From assembly GCA_963763775.1 (NCBI GenBank), contig CAVXPZ010000001.1, positions 800,001 through 864,000 of the forward strand: a stretch of 64,000 bases of DNA. Direction: 5' to 3'. The stretch is from an uncultured Chloroflexia bacterium. GTDB lineage: Bacteria > Chloroflexota > Limnocylindria > Limnocylindrales > CSP1-4. A program made the translations under genes and the position numbers. A model generated the notes under the pieces. It did not search any database and was not told where the DNA came from. It saw only the letters and a program-made list of their open reading frames with translations. Of this stretch, positions 51,121-61,024 are shown piece after piece; position 1 is the stretch's first letter, and each line of letters opens with the position of its first letter.

Positions 51121-51662
51121 TCGGCGGGGTCGACGGGCGTCCAGCCCGCGCGAGACGCGACCGCCTCGGCGAACGCCGACCCCGGGTCGACACCGGCGTC
51201 GAGACCGACGGCGAACGTGCCGACGAGCATCGCGAAGGCGTCCTCCGGGTCCGCCGCCGGCGCCTCCAGGACGATGGATGGCTCCGGCAGCCACTCGGGG
51301 ACGCCCTTCCCCGCGGCGAGGACGAGGACGAGGCTGCCGCGACCCCAGCTCGCCGCGTCCGCCGCCGGCTGGACGGTCCGGGCGTCGAGGGGATCGGTCA
51401 TGACGATCGTGGTGGCATCGGACAGATAGCGAAGCGCCAGATCGATGTCGGACGGGTCGAGCGTGGACGCCCCGGCGCCGGCGGGCCCTCGCAGGGTCGC
51501 GACGTGGGCGACACCGGCAGCCGAAAGCGCGTGCAGCCGCCGATCGCCATCGGCGTCGTCGGCGATCTTGCCGACGAATTCGACCGTCCCGTTCGCCGCC
51601 GCGGCTGCCACGGCGATCGATGCCGCCATCGGCCAGCCGGAGGGGTCGACGACGACGATCAT
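51117..51662 (-). CDS. Short, degenerate PfkB/ribokinase-fold protein
   Basis: A..IAVAAA..G..V.FVGKIADDADG PfkB N-terminal signature; EDAFA in place of GAGDAF; only 181 aa. Confidence 0.55.
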   Translation of the reverse strand: MIVVVDPSGWPMAASIAVAAAAANGTVEFVGKIADDADGDRRLHALSAAGVAHVATLRGPAGAGASTLDPSDIDLALRYLSDATTIVMTDPLDARTVQPAADAASWGRGSLVLVLAAGKGVPEWLPEPSIVLEAPAADPEDAFAMLVGTFAVGLDAGVDPGSAFAEAVASRAGWTPVDPAD

Positions 51663-51721
51663 GCCCCCAGCGTAGCGTCCCGCAGCGACCGAGAGGCGAC
51701 GGTCGACACCCGCGGCCTCGA

Positions 51722-52498
51722 TCAGCCCGGGCCGTGCCCGCCGTCGTTGGTGGTGTCGCTGTCGGGCGTCTCGCTGGGCTCGGGCGTCTCGTTCGGCTCC
51801 GGCGTCTCGTGCCCGTCCGGCGTCCCGGTGGGTCGCGGGGTCCTGGTGGGCCGCGGCGTCCTGGTCGGCTCCGCGGTCTTCGACCCGCCGTGATCGTCGG
51901 TCGGCTCGGCCGACCCGGCGCCGTGATCGTCCGTGGCGCCCGGCTCGGCGGTCCCGGACGGATCCGGGGAGGACTCGGGCTGGTCGGGCGACACCTCGGG
52001 CGACTGCGTGGGCTGCGGCAGCCTGGGCGTGGTTTCCAGGGGCGTCGGGCTGACCGGGATGACCGGCACCGCCGGCCGATCCGGGCCGCTCGGCGAGGTC
52101 AGGACGTTCACGGCACCGATCGCCGCGACGGAGGCCAGTGAGCCCGTCGCGAGCACGACCAGCAGGACGAACGCCAGCGCCTGGGCGCGGACCGCGACCG
52201 GTCGGCCGCCGCTCGTCCCCACGCGCCAGGCGGCCCTGACCGATGCGGCGAACGCGACGAGCCGCCCGCCGAACCCGGGGCTCGCGGGCCGCACCACCAG
52301 CTTGGGTGGGGCTTCGGCGGCGATCGCCGCCATGACGCGGTCCTCGAAGCCCACCGTCGGGCTGATCTGGTCGCGCACGCTGAAAGCCTCGAGCTCGCGT
52401 GCGGCGGCATACGCCTGGGCCAGCTCCGCGTCCGACGGCCCCGGGCCCTCGTCCGGACGAAGTTCGCCGGGATCGAACCGGCGTCCCGGCCCGGTCAT
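51722..52498 (-). CDS. Putative anti-sigma factor with TM helix and Pro/Thr/Asp/His-rich tail
   Basis: GFEDRVMAAIA motif, one TM helix, TDDHG and ETPEP repeats; coupled to the ECF sigma by ATGA. Confidence 0.7.
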   Translation of the reverse strand: MTGPGRRFDPGELRPDEGPGPSDAELAQAYAAARELEAFSVRDQISPTVGFEDRVMAAIAAEAPPKLVVRPASPGFGGRLVAFAASVRAAWRVGTSGGRPVAVRAQALAFVLLVVLATGSLASVAAIGAVNVLTSPSGPDRPAVPVIPVSPTPLETTPRLPQPTQSPEVSPDQPESSPDPSGTAEPGATDDHGAGSAEPTDDHGGSKTAEPTRTPRPTRTPRPTGTPDGHETPEPNETPEPSETPDSDTTNDGGHGPG

Positions 52499-53238
52499 CG
52501 GTCGGCCCCCTCGGCCAGCGCCGCGCGCAACCGCAGCAGCCCTCGATGGAGGTGCGTCTTCACGGTCCCGAGCGGGCGCCCGGTCTGGGCCGCGATCTCG
52601 TCGAGGCTGAGCTCGCCGAAGAAACGGAGCGTCACGACCTCGCGGTACGGCTCGGGGAGGCCCGCGACCGCGGCCCGGACGTCGGTCGCGCGTTCCCCTC
52701 GGAGCGCGAGCGACGACGGGTCGGTCGTGGGCATCGACTCGAACGACACCTGGTCCATGGCTTTCGTGATCGGGTCGGTCTCGGACCCGTCCTCGCGCCC
52801 GAACGGGTCGCGCCAGGCCACGGTCCGTCGCTGGCCAGCCTTGCGCAGGGCGATCCGGACCGCGATGCGGGTCAGCCACGCACCGAACGGGCCGTCTCCC
52901 CGCCAGCTGGCAAGCGATCGATACGCCGTCACGAAGGCCTCCTGGGCGGCGTCCTCGGCGTCGTGCAGGTCGCCCAGGACCCGATGGCAGGCCCGGACGA
53001 CGTGGGCACCCTCCCGGTCCACGAGGACCCGGAAGGCCTCCCGATCCCCGCCAAGGACGGCATCGACCGTCGCTCGGTCTCCGCCGGCCTCGAGCGACCG
53101 ATCTGGCGGCGCGGGTCGAGAAGCGCTGATGGGCGGGCTCCCGGGATCAGGGTCTGGCCAGGCATCGGACGTGACCGGCCGGCCCGCTCCAAGTGTGCCT
53201 TGGAAGGGGCCGGCCCATCGAGGGACACGATCGTCCAC
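52495..53238 (-). CDS. ECF RNA polymerase sigma factor (start uncertain)
   Basis: GDREAF..LV, DAEDAAQEAF, FGAWLTRIA and LDEIA...G.PLGTVKTHLHRG. Confidence 0.9.
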   Translation of the reverse strand: MDDRVPRWAGPFQGTLGAGRPVTSDAWPDPDPGSPPISASRPAPPDRSLEAGGDRATVDAVLGGDREAFRVLVDREGAHVVRACHRVLGDLHDAEDAAQEAFVTAYRSLASWRGDGPFGAWLTRIAVRIALRKAGQRRTVAWRDPFGREDGSETDPITKAMDQVSFESMPTTDPSSLALRGERATDVRAAVAGLPEPYREVVTLRFFGELSLDEIAAQTGRPLGTVKTHLHRGLLRLRAALAEGADR

Positions 53239-53264
53239 CCAGGTCCGTCGGGTTCGCGATCCGG

Positions 53265-53774
53265 CTAGTCGTCGCTGCCCCCGTCGCCGCCGCCGCCCTG
53301 GCCGCTGTCGCCGCCGTGGTCGTCGTTGGCATCCTCGGCACCGTCGTGGCCGCTGTTCGAGCCGTGATCGTCGGCCTGCTCGCCCTGGTCCGTGCCGTGG
53401 TCGTCGTTGGCGTCCCCGGCGCTGTCCTTGCCGCTCGTCGTGCCGTGGTCGTCGTTGGCGTCCTCGGCCTGGCCAGTGGCGTGGCTGGTGTGCTTGGTCT
53501 CGGCCGACTCGGCCGTCTCGGCCGGCTCGGCGGTCTCGGCCGGCTCGGCCGTCTCGGCTGCCTCGTCGGTGGCCGTCGGCTCGGCCGTCTCGGTGGCTTC
53601 CGGCTCGGTCGCCGCGTCCGTCGCGGTCGGCGCGGCCCCGGTCACGACGCGCGTCCCATCGTCGCTCCCACTCGTCCGTACCAGCCCGTCAGCCGCGAAG
53701 GCCCCGCCGACCACCAGGAAGGTGGACACCAACGCGACCCCAAGGCCGCGGATCCATCGAGCATCGTTGCGCAT
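53265..53774 (-). CDS. Secreted acidic low-complexity protein with ETAEPA and DDHG repeats
   Basis: Signal peptide ending AFA; four DDHG units; GGGAG RBS. Confidence 0.75.
   Translation of the reverse strand: MRNDARWIRGLGVALVSTFLVVGGAFAADGLVRTSGSDDGTRVVTGAAPTATDAATEPEATETAEPTATDEAAETAEPAETAEPAETAESAETKHTSHATGQAEDANDDHGTTSGKDSAGDANDDHGTDQGEQADDHGSNSGHDGAEDANDDHGGDSGQGGGGDGGSDD
53310..53595 (-). repeat. Coding repeats (18-nt ETAEPA units; DANDDHG units)
   Basis: Repeated ctcggccgtctcggccgg and gccgtggtcgtcgttggc. Confidence 0.7.
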
Positions 53775-53826
53775 CGTGTCTTGACTCCCGTCTCGGCCGG
53801 TCTCGTGACCGACCTCTACGCGACTG

Positions 53827-53852
53827 AGACACGCGCGGGAGAGAAGGTTTCA
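53827..53852 (-). promoter_or_regulatory. Putative ECF-type promoter for the DDHG-protein/sigma/anti-sigma operon
   Basis: Minus strand reads TGAAAC-N16-GTCT. Confidence 0.4.
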
Positions 53853-55432
53853 GTCCACCTCGGCGGAGGTGGTGTCCGCGGTCACCGGCTCATCCGACGT
53901 TCCGGGCAGCGACGGCTCCTCCGCGCCTGCCGTCGGTCCGGTCTCCGACCCGGCATCCACGGCATCGGATCCGGCGCCGGCCTCGACGCCGTCGGCAGCG
54001 GCGGCGGGTGCCGGCCCCGCCGCCCCGGTCACGTCGTCGGGCTCGATGACCATCGTCCCCAGCCCTTCGGCCTCGAGCGCGGCGCCGAATGCGTCGACAT
54101 CGCCCACGAGGACGATCGCCGCGCCATCCACGTCGACGTGGTCGCGCGCGGCGGCCGCGACCGCATCGATGCCGACCGCCTCGATCCGGGAGCGGTACCC
54201 GATCAGCTCGTCGACCGGCAACCCGTGGACGACGAGGCCGGTCAGGGCCCCGACGACCGCCGAGGCGGTCTCGAAGCGCAGCGGGAACACGCCGATCAGG
54301 AAGTCGCGGGCCGCGTCGAGCTCGGAGGCGCTGACCGTGGTGTCGCGCATCCGCTCGAGCTCGGCGAGTGTGTCGAGGATGGCCGGCACGGTCGACTTCG
54401 GTGTTGACCGCGGCCCGCGCCGCGAACGGGCCCGACGGCGCGGCGCAGGTCGAACCCGGCACTGGCGCCGTACGTGTAGCCCTTCTCCTCACGGAGCTTC
54501 ATGTTCAGGCGCGAGTTGAACAGGCCGCCGAGGATCGCGCCCATCACCGAGAGGGCGTGGAAGTCCGGGATCCGGCGGCGAAGACCGCGATGCCCGATCC
54601 GGATCTCGGTCTGGACGGACCCCGGCCGGTGGACCACGCGGACGAGGCGGCCGGACGACGACGGCGCGTCGTCGATCGCCGCGACCGGCCGGATACCCGA
54701 GCCGTCGCCCCAATCCTCGAACAGCCGCGAGACCATCGCCGGCACGTCCTGGCCGCCGAGGTCACCGCCGACGACGAGCGTCGCCCGCCGCGGGTCGAGC
54801 CCGGCCGCCCACGCGCGCCGAAGCGTCTCGGGTGTCAGGCCCTCCACGGTCTCTTGGGTGCCGCCGGCGGGCCGGTGGTACGGCGCCGACGCGGCGTAGA
54901 TCGTGCCGATGAAGGTCTCCTCCGCGCGCCGACGCGGGTCGGCCTTGGCCTGGAGGAGGTCGTTCAGACGCTCGTCACGGAGCCGCTCGACGTCCGCGGC
55001 CGGGAACGTGGGCCGCAGGACGAGCTCGGCGAGCAATCCGAGGGCCGCCGGAAGCCGTTCCGCGGGCACATCGACGCCCGCGGTGAAGGCGTCCCAGCCA
55101 GCCTCGGCGTGGAGCGAGGCCCCGAGCCGCTCGGACGCCTCGATCAGGGCGATCGCGTCGTAGTGCTCGGTGCCCTCCGAGAGGGCGCGGGCGGCAAGGA
55201 CCGTGGCCCCTGCCTCGCCGGCGGGCTCGTCCACGGCCCCGGTCGGGAGGACCAGCGACGCCGAGACGAGCGGCCGGCCCGGCAGGTCCGCCACGAGGAC
55301 CCGGAGGCCGTTGGCCAGCCGATGGTCGCCGACCGTCGGGAAGTCGTAGGGCCGCGGCGCGCCGACCGCCGGTCGGTCGGCGATGACGTAGCCGTCGCGG
55401 CGTGGCGCGTCGGCGTCCTGCGTCGGGCTCAT
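53850..55432 (-). CDS. M16B peptidase, non-catalytic subunit (frameshifts near 54390-54440)
   Basis: LANGLRV and ILGGLFNSRLNMKLREEKGYTY (R/Y pair); no HxxEH motif. Confidence 0.88.
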
Positions 55433-56775
55433 GCCGCCACCTCGTCGGTCTCGCTCGCGGTGTCGTCGTCCGTGAGGGCGTCCGAGTCGGCGGCCGGCCC
55501 CTCGGGCAGGTAGGTCAGGACGAGGCGATTGTCGGGCCGGAAGACGTCGGCGGCCGCCGCGCGGATCGCCTCGGGCGTCACCGCCAGGTACCGCGGCAGC
55601 ATCCGGTTGATGAGGCCGGGGTCGTCGAAGAGCGTCGTGTACATCGAGAGCCGGTCGGCACGCTCGTCGACGCGCTGGAGCGCCCCGAGTTCGTCCGCCT
55701 CGACCAGGGCGTGCGCGCGGGCGAGCTCGTCGTCGGTCACCGGCTCGGTCGCCAGGCGCTCGAGCTCCTCGTGGAAGGCCGCCTCGACCCTCGCGACGTC
55801 CACGCCCGGTCGCACCGTCGCCCAGCCGGCGCAGATCGACGCGCCGCCGATGAAGCCGAGGCTGAACAGCGCGACGTCCTGGGCGAGCCGCTCGGTCCGG
55901 ACGAGGCGCCGGTCGAGCCGGCTCCCCTTCCCGCCCGCGAGGATCTGGCTGGCGATGTCGAGCGCGTCCAGGCGCGGGTCGCCGTAGGCCGGGGCCCGGA
56001 ACGCGATGTAGACGCGCGGAAGCGGGACGCGGTCGTACACCGTCTCTCGCCGCTCTCCGCCAAGGGTCAACGGCAGGGACAGGTCGCCCAGCGGCGGGAT
56101 CGAGGGGTTCGCCGGGATCTCGCCGAAGTACCGTTCCACCGCCGCGAGCGCGCCGGCCGTGTCCACGTCCCCGACGATCGAGATGACCGCGTTGTTCGGG
56201 GCGTAGTAGGTCCGGAAGAACGCGATGACGTCCTCGAGCGAGGCCGCGTCGAGGTCGGCCATCGAGCCGATCGTCGAGTGGTGGTACGGGTGCTCCGGCG
56301 GGAAGAGGTGCCCCTGGAGCTTCTCCTGCCACGAGCCGTACGGACGGTTGTCGTAGGAGGAGCGCTTCTCGTTCTTCACCACCTCGCGCTGGTTGTCGAG
56401 GTTCTCCTGGCTGATCGCGTCGGGCAGCGTCGCCATCCGGTCGGCCTCGAGCCAGAGCGCCAGCTCCAGCTGATGCGCCGGCAGCGTCTCGTAGTAGTTC
56501 GTGCGGTCGAGCCACGTCGACCCGTTCATGGTCCCGCCGGCCGCCTGGATGATCGCGATGTGCTCGGCCTTGCCGACATGCTTCGAGCCCTGGAACATCA
56601 CGTGCTCGAACAGGTGGGCGAACCCGGTCCGACCCGGCTGCTCGTGCTTGGAGCCGACGTCGTACCAGAGGTTGACCGCGACGACCGGGGCGAGGTGGTC
56701 CTCGGCGATGATCACGCGAAGGCCGTTGGGCAGGCGGTCGTCGCTGAAGGCGACCGTCGGGACACGAGTGGGCAC
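55429..56775 (-). CDS. M16B zinc peptidase, catalytic subunit
   Basis: GFAHLFEHVMF (HxxEH), NGSTWLDRTNY, LWLEADRM and YYAPNNA. Confidence 0.95.
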   Translation of the reverse strand: MPTRVPTVAFSDDRLPNGLRVIIAEDHLAPVVAVNLWYDVGSKHEQPGRTGFAHLFEHVMFQGSKHVGKAEHIAIIQAAGGTMNGSTWLDRTNYYETLPAHQLELALWLEADRMATLPDAISQENLDNQREVVKNEKRSSYDNRPYGSWQEKLQGHLFPPEHPYHHSTIGSMADLDAASLEDVIAFFRTYYAPNNAVISIVGDVDTAGALAAVERYFGEIPANPSIPPLGDLSLPLTLGGERRETVYDRVPLPRVYIAFRAPAYGDPRLDALDIASQILAGGKGSRLDRRLVRTERLAQDVALFSLGFIGGASICAGWATVRPGVDVARVEAAFHEELERLATEPVTDDELARAHALVEADELGALQRVDERADRLSMYTTLFDDPGLINRMLPRYLAVTPEAIRAAAADVFRPDNRLVLTYLPEGPAADSDALTDDDTASETDEVAA

Positions 56776-56871
56776 GCACAGGCTCCTGGGTTCGGGCGGC
56801 GGCGCCGCCGGGTCTCGGGCGAGTGCGGACGATCGTAGCGCCTCCGCGGCCCGGGCGATCCGACGAACCCC

Positions 56872-56913
56872 TTGACACGGCCCGGACCGATGATGTTAGA
56901 TACATGTCTAACA
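56872..56913 (+). promoter_or_regulatory. Promoter and palindromic operator upstream of the ArsR gene
   Basis: TTGACA at 56872; perfect 7-6-7 inverted repeat TGTTAGA-tacatg-TCTAACA at 56894-56913. Confidence 0.75.
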
Positions 56914-56938
56914 CGAGTTAGGAGTTCGACGACACCTG

Positions 56939-58065
56939 ATGGCCGCCCGCCCCGCCACACGAACCGCGAAGACCAGCGCTGCCCGCGACGCCGGCGCGAC
57001 GCCGAGTCCGCGAGTCCGCGACCTGCGAATGCCCAGTGCCGGGCCGTCCGTCGAGTGGGACGTTCGCACCGCCTACGACTTCGTCTTCTCGCTGTCCGAC
57101 GACGCCGGTTCGACCGACGACCTGCCCTCCGCCGACCGGGCGTGGCTGGCCGAGGCGAAGGCGGGCCTTCGCCTCGAGCTGGGCGATGCCACCGAGCTGT
57201 ACGGCAAGGAGCTGTGCGTGGTCCTCGCGGGCCTCGCGGTGGACCGGCCCGAGGTCACGCGACGCCGCGAGCCTGGTCACGCTGCTCCGCTCGATCCCCG
57301 ACGAGACCATCGTCCGCCTGATCCTGGGCGAGGACCTGCGCGACCCGGAGCGAGCCGAGATCGCCGAGCGCGCGATCGCGGGCGACGAGGCCGCCATCGA
57401 CGTGATGATGGAGCGCTTCGTCGCGCACCTCGGCCATGAGAAGAAGCAGTGGTACTCGGAGATCTACCGCGACCCGCGCTCGGTCATCGACCCGGCCGTG
57501 GCGGTCCTGTCCGCCTGGCTGCCGATCTTCCAGACGGTCGAGGGCCGGGTGGCCGCGATGATCGCTCGCGACGTCGAGCTCCGCGCCGGCGACCGGGCCA
57601 CGCTCGGGTCGTTCGAGCTCATCGAGCAGACGACCGGCGGCATCCGCTGGCTGTCCGAGCCCGGCGTGCGGCGGGTGATCCTCGCCCCGTCCTACTTCGC
57701 CCGGCCGTACAACTTCCTCTTGGGCAGTGCCGACTGGCGCGTGTTCGGCTATCCGATCTCCGATGAGGCGATCGACGGCGCCGACCCGCTTCGCGCCGCC
57801 GCCGGCGGTCGTCCGCCTGCACCGAGCCCTCGGCGACGAGACGCGGCTACGGATCCTGCGGCTGCTCCGCGACCGCGACCTCTACCTCACCGAGATCGCC
57901 CAGCAGCTGGACCTCTCGAAGCCGACGATCAAGCACCACCTGGCGCTCCTCCGGTCGGCCGGCCTCGTGACGGTCACGGAGGCCGGCACCGTCATCTACT
58001 ACAGCCTCAGGCCGGCGCGTCTCGACGATGCGTCGAGCGAGATCAAACGGTTCCTCCTGGGCTGA
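56939..58065 (+). CDS. ArsR/SmtB-family regulator with a large N-terminal domain (DUF5937-like); frameshifts near 57260 and 57790
   Basis: RRVILAPSYF.RP; C-terminal ALGDETRLRILRLL..EIA..L.LSKPTIKHHL..LR.AGLV. Confidence 0.85.
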
Positions 58066-58153
58066 CGCCCGGGGTCGGCTGACCGACTCCCCCGCCGCGA
58101 CGACCACGTCCGCGGCCCCACCACCGGCGCGACGGCCATCGCGCAGCCCTCAG

Positions 58154-58173
58154 GGTTAGATAGATGTCTTACA
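58154..58173 (+). promoter_or_regulatory. Second copy of the operator
   Basis: GGTTAGATAGATGTCTTACA, 17/20 identical to 56894-56913. Confidence 0.7.
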
Positions 58174-58187
58174 GGAGGAAGGAAACG

Positions 58188-58395
58188 ATGATCGAGTTGA
58201 CGCACCGGATCGACTACCGGCGCAGCGAGCTGCAAGGGGCGGCCGATGGGATCCATCGGGAGCGTGACGCTCCGGGAGCCCGCGGAGCCGGTCAAGCCCG
58301 AGGCGACTCGGGCCATCGAGCGCCCGCGGCCGACCGCGGCGATCCGGCGGACGGAGACGCCGTGCGACGGGGCGAAGGGCGCACACGCGGCCTGA
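58188..58395 (+). CDS. Small hypothetical protein (~68 aa; probable frameshift near 58265)
   Basis: Strong RBS AGGAGGAAGGAAACG before ATG; MIELTHRIDYRRSELQGAADGIHRER...; the corrected frame ends PCDGAKGAHAA*. Confidence 0.5.
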
Positions 58396-58412
58396 CGCCC
58401 GTCGCCGTCGCC

Positions 58413-58823
58413 CTAGACGGGGAGCAGCACGAAAAGCAGCGTGATCACGCCACCGATCGCCGCCGAGTAGCCGAACATGATCAAGGCGGCACGTCGGTCC
58501 GCCGCGAGGGCCGCCGATTCGACCACGGTCTCGCGCTGGCCGAGCGGCCCGAAGTTCCGGATCCCGGCCATCGCGAAGCCGGCGCAGAAGTGCCGGCGGG
58601 CCTGCTCGAGGCTGACGATGCCGCCGGCCAGGAACGGGAACACCAGCAGGCGCGTCCACGCCGGTGCACCAACGGCCACGAGGACGACCGCGATCACGGC
58701 GGCGATGGCGAGGCCGAACAGGCCGGATCGCCGGCGGCGGGTGATCTCCTCGGGTCCGATGTTGCAGACGCCGGGCTGATAGCGCTCCGGGACTGCGGGG
58801 TACTGGATCTGCTGCACGTTCAC
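58413..58823 (-). CDS. Small conserved-type membrane protein (YQPGVCNIG/FCAGF family)
   Basis: YQPGVCNIGPEEITRRRR, three TM helices and QARRHFCAGFA. Confidence 0.7.
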   Translation of the reverse strand: MNVQQIQYPAVPERYQPGVCNIGPEEITRRRRSGLFGLAIAAVIAVVLVAVGAPAWTRLLVFPFLAGGIVSLEQARRHFCAGFAMAGIRNFGPLGQRETVVESAALAADRRAALIMFGYSAAIGGVITLLFVLLPV

Positions 58824-58877
58824 CTCGGCCGGCGCGCTCGACGGCGCGCTCGGCGTGTTCCTCGTAGACTCGCGGCC

Positions 58878-59555
58878 ATGATGCGTCACGTTCTCGATGC
58901 GTCGCTCCGGCGCCCTCATGCTCGCGGTCCTCATCTCCCTCTTCGTCGGCGCGGCGGTCGTGGATGCCCACGCCGAGCTGGAGACGGCCACGCCGGCCGA
59001 CGGCGCCACGGTGGAGGGGTCGCCGCCGGAGATCAGCGGCACCTACAGCGAGCCGATGACGGCGGACGGCAGCTCCCTGAAGCTCGTCGATGCCGCCGGC
59101 GACGAGATCGCGAGCGGCGGTGTCGTCGCCGGCGATGACACGAAGATGGCGATCGACCCGGTCCCGGACCTCGCGCCGGGCACGTACCTGGTCAAGTCCA
59201 CGACGGTGTCGGCCGCCGACGGCGACATCGACCGCAAGAGCTGGTCCTTCACGGTGGTCGCGGCGCCGAGCGCGTCGCCCGAGCCGACGCCGACCGCGAC
59301 GCCGGCGCCGACCCCCGTCCAGACCGACGCTTCGGTGGCCCCGACCGTGCCGCCCAGCCCGAGCCCGGCCGCCAGCGCCGCGACCGCCGCCCCGAGCGTG
59401 GCCCCGACGCTCCGGCGGCCAGCGCCGACACGGGCGGCAGCGCGAGCGGCGGCTCGGACGTCCTGCTGCCGATCCTGGCCGCGCTCGTCATCGTGGCCGT
59501 CATCGGCGGCATCCTGTTCACCCGTCGCGATCGATCCACGCCCACCCCGCCATGA
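58878..59555 (+). CDS. copC: CopC-family copper-binding protein with Pro-rich stalk and C-terminal membrane anchor (frameshifts near 58895 and 59410)
   Basis: Signal peptide, then HAELETATPADGATV, LAPGTY.V and SAADGD....SFTV; C-terminal TM helix followed by RR. Confidence 0.8.
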
Positions 59556-61024
59556 CGCCCCGGCGCCTCGGGCGTCGTCCGGCCCGGGTCGCCTCCGCGC
59601 TCGGCATCACGCTCGGCGTCGCGGCGATCGCCCCGGAGGCCGTGCTGGGGCATCAGCTCAACGCGACGTACACGAGCCGGCTCCCGCTGGCGGTCTACCT
59701 CACCGGCGCCGCCGTGACGGTCGGCCTCTCGTTCGCCTTCGTCCTCGCTCGGGATGTCCGGGCCCGGCCCGCGGCGACGACCGCACCGGCACACCTGCCG
59801 CCGGCCGCGCTCCGCGGCCTGCTGCGCGCGATCGGTATCCTCGGCTGGCTCTGGATCGTGGCCCAGGGCATCGCCGGCGGGTCGAGCTCGGGCGCCGTCG
59901 CACCGCTCTTCCTGTGGATCTACGGCTGGGTCGGCCTCGCCATCGTGTCGGCGTTCATCGGGCCGGCCTGGCACTTCCTCGACCCGTTCTCCACGCTCCA
60001 CGACGGCGGCGCGTGGCTGCTGCGCCGGGTCGGCGTGGGATCGTGGACGCCCGCGGCCTACCCCGAGCGCGCCGGGCGGTGGCCCGCCTGCATCGCCTTC
60101 ACGGTGTTCGTGTGGCTCGAGCTCGTCGACGCCGGCGGCGGGACCGCGACGCTCTTCCTCGTGCTGATGGGCTATACGGCGTTCACGCTCGCGATGATGG
60201 CGCAGTTCGGGCGCGACGCCTGGCGGTCGCACGGCGAGGTGTTCACCGTGTGGTTCCGCCTGCTCGGCCGGTTGGCCGCGTACGCCCTGGCCGACGAGAC
60301 CGGCCAGGTGCGCCGCCGGCCGTTCGCCGCGGGCCTCCTCGAGCCGGGCTGGAGTCGGGCGGACGCGGCCCTCGCCGCGCTCGGGGTCGGCTCGATCCTC
60401 TTCGACGGCCTGTCCCAGACGCAGTTCTACTTCGACCGTTTCGGGGCGCCGGGGATGGCCGTCAGCACGCTCCTGCTGTTCGCGTGGCTGGGTCTGCTCG
60501 TCGCGGCCGCGATGCTCCTGACGCGCTACGTGGGCATCGAGGCGACCGGCGCCGGGCTGCTCCCGATCGCCGTCGGCTATCTGATCGCCCACTACCTGAC
60601 GTACCTGCTCATCGACGGCCAGGGCATCCTCGTGGCGATCTCCGACCCGTTGCAGCGGGGCCAGGACCTGTTCGGGACGGCGTTCCACGAGCCAACGGGG
60701 GCGTGGTTGCCCCCAGGGCTCGTGTGGACCGTGCAGCTCGCCGCCGTCGTGGGCGGGCACATGCTCGGGGCGTGGGCCGGCCACGTGAACGCCGCCGAGC
60801 ACGCCCCGCCTGGCCTCGACGCGCGGCGTCTCACGCGGCGCGAGATCCCGCTGGCGGTCGTGATGGTCGCCCTGACCACGCTGACGCTGTGGTCGCTCGG
60901 CCAGGCCCTCGTGGTCCAGGCGCCGGCTGCATCCGCGCCTGCTGCGGCACCGGCCGGACTGATCGACCTAGGCGTGCACCGCGATGCCGCCCGGGACCCA
61001 CTCGTCGAGCGAGCGCACGTCTGA
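59552..61024 (+). CDS. Multi-pass membrane protein of unknown function, coupled to copC
   Basis: Signal-like N-terminus then H..; LPLAVYL.GA...V.LSF, FDGLSQT, LLPIAVGYLIAHY, SDP and VVGGHMLG; ATGA overlap with copC. Confidence 0.75.
   Translation: MTPRRLGRRPARVASALGITLGVAAIAPEAVLGHQLNATYTSRLPLAVYLTGAAVTVGLSFAFVLARDVRARPAATTAPAHLPPAALRGLLRAIGILGWLWIVAQGIAGGSSSGAVAPLFLWIYGWVGLAIVSAFIGPAWHFLDPFSTLHDGGAWLLRRVGVGSWTPAAYPERAGRWPACIAFTVFVWLELVDAGGGTATLFLVLMGYTAFTLAMMAQFGRDAWRSHGEVFTVWFRLLGRLAAYALADETGQVRRRPFAAGLLEPGWSRADAALAALGVGSILFDGLSQTQFYFDRFGAPGMAVSTLLLFAWLGLLVAAAMLLTRYVGIEATGAGLLPIAVGYLIAHYLTYLLIDGQGILVAISDPLQRGQDLFGTAFHEPTGAWLPPGLVWTVQLAAVVGGHMLGAWAGHVNAAEHAPPGLDARRLTRREIPLAVVMVALTTLTLWSLGQALVVQAPAASAPAAAPAGLIDLGVHRDAARDPLVERAHV

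Noticed and set aside
59430-59555. GlyGly-CTERM rhombosortase signal on CopC
   Set aside because: Gly/Ser-TM-RR is only a loose match and residues follow the basic cluster; an ordinary membrane anchor explains it.
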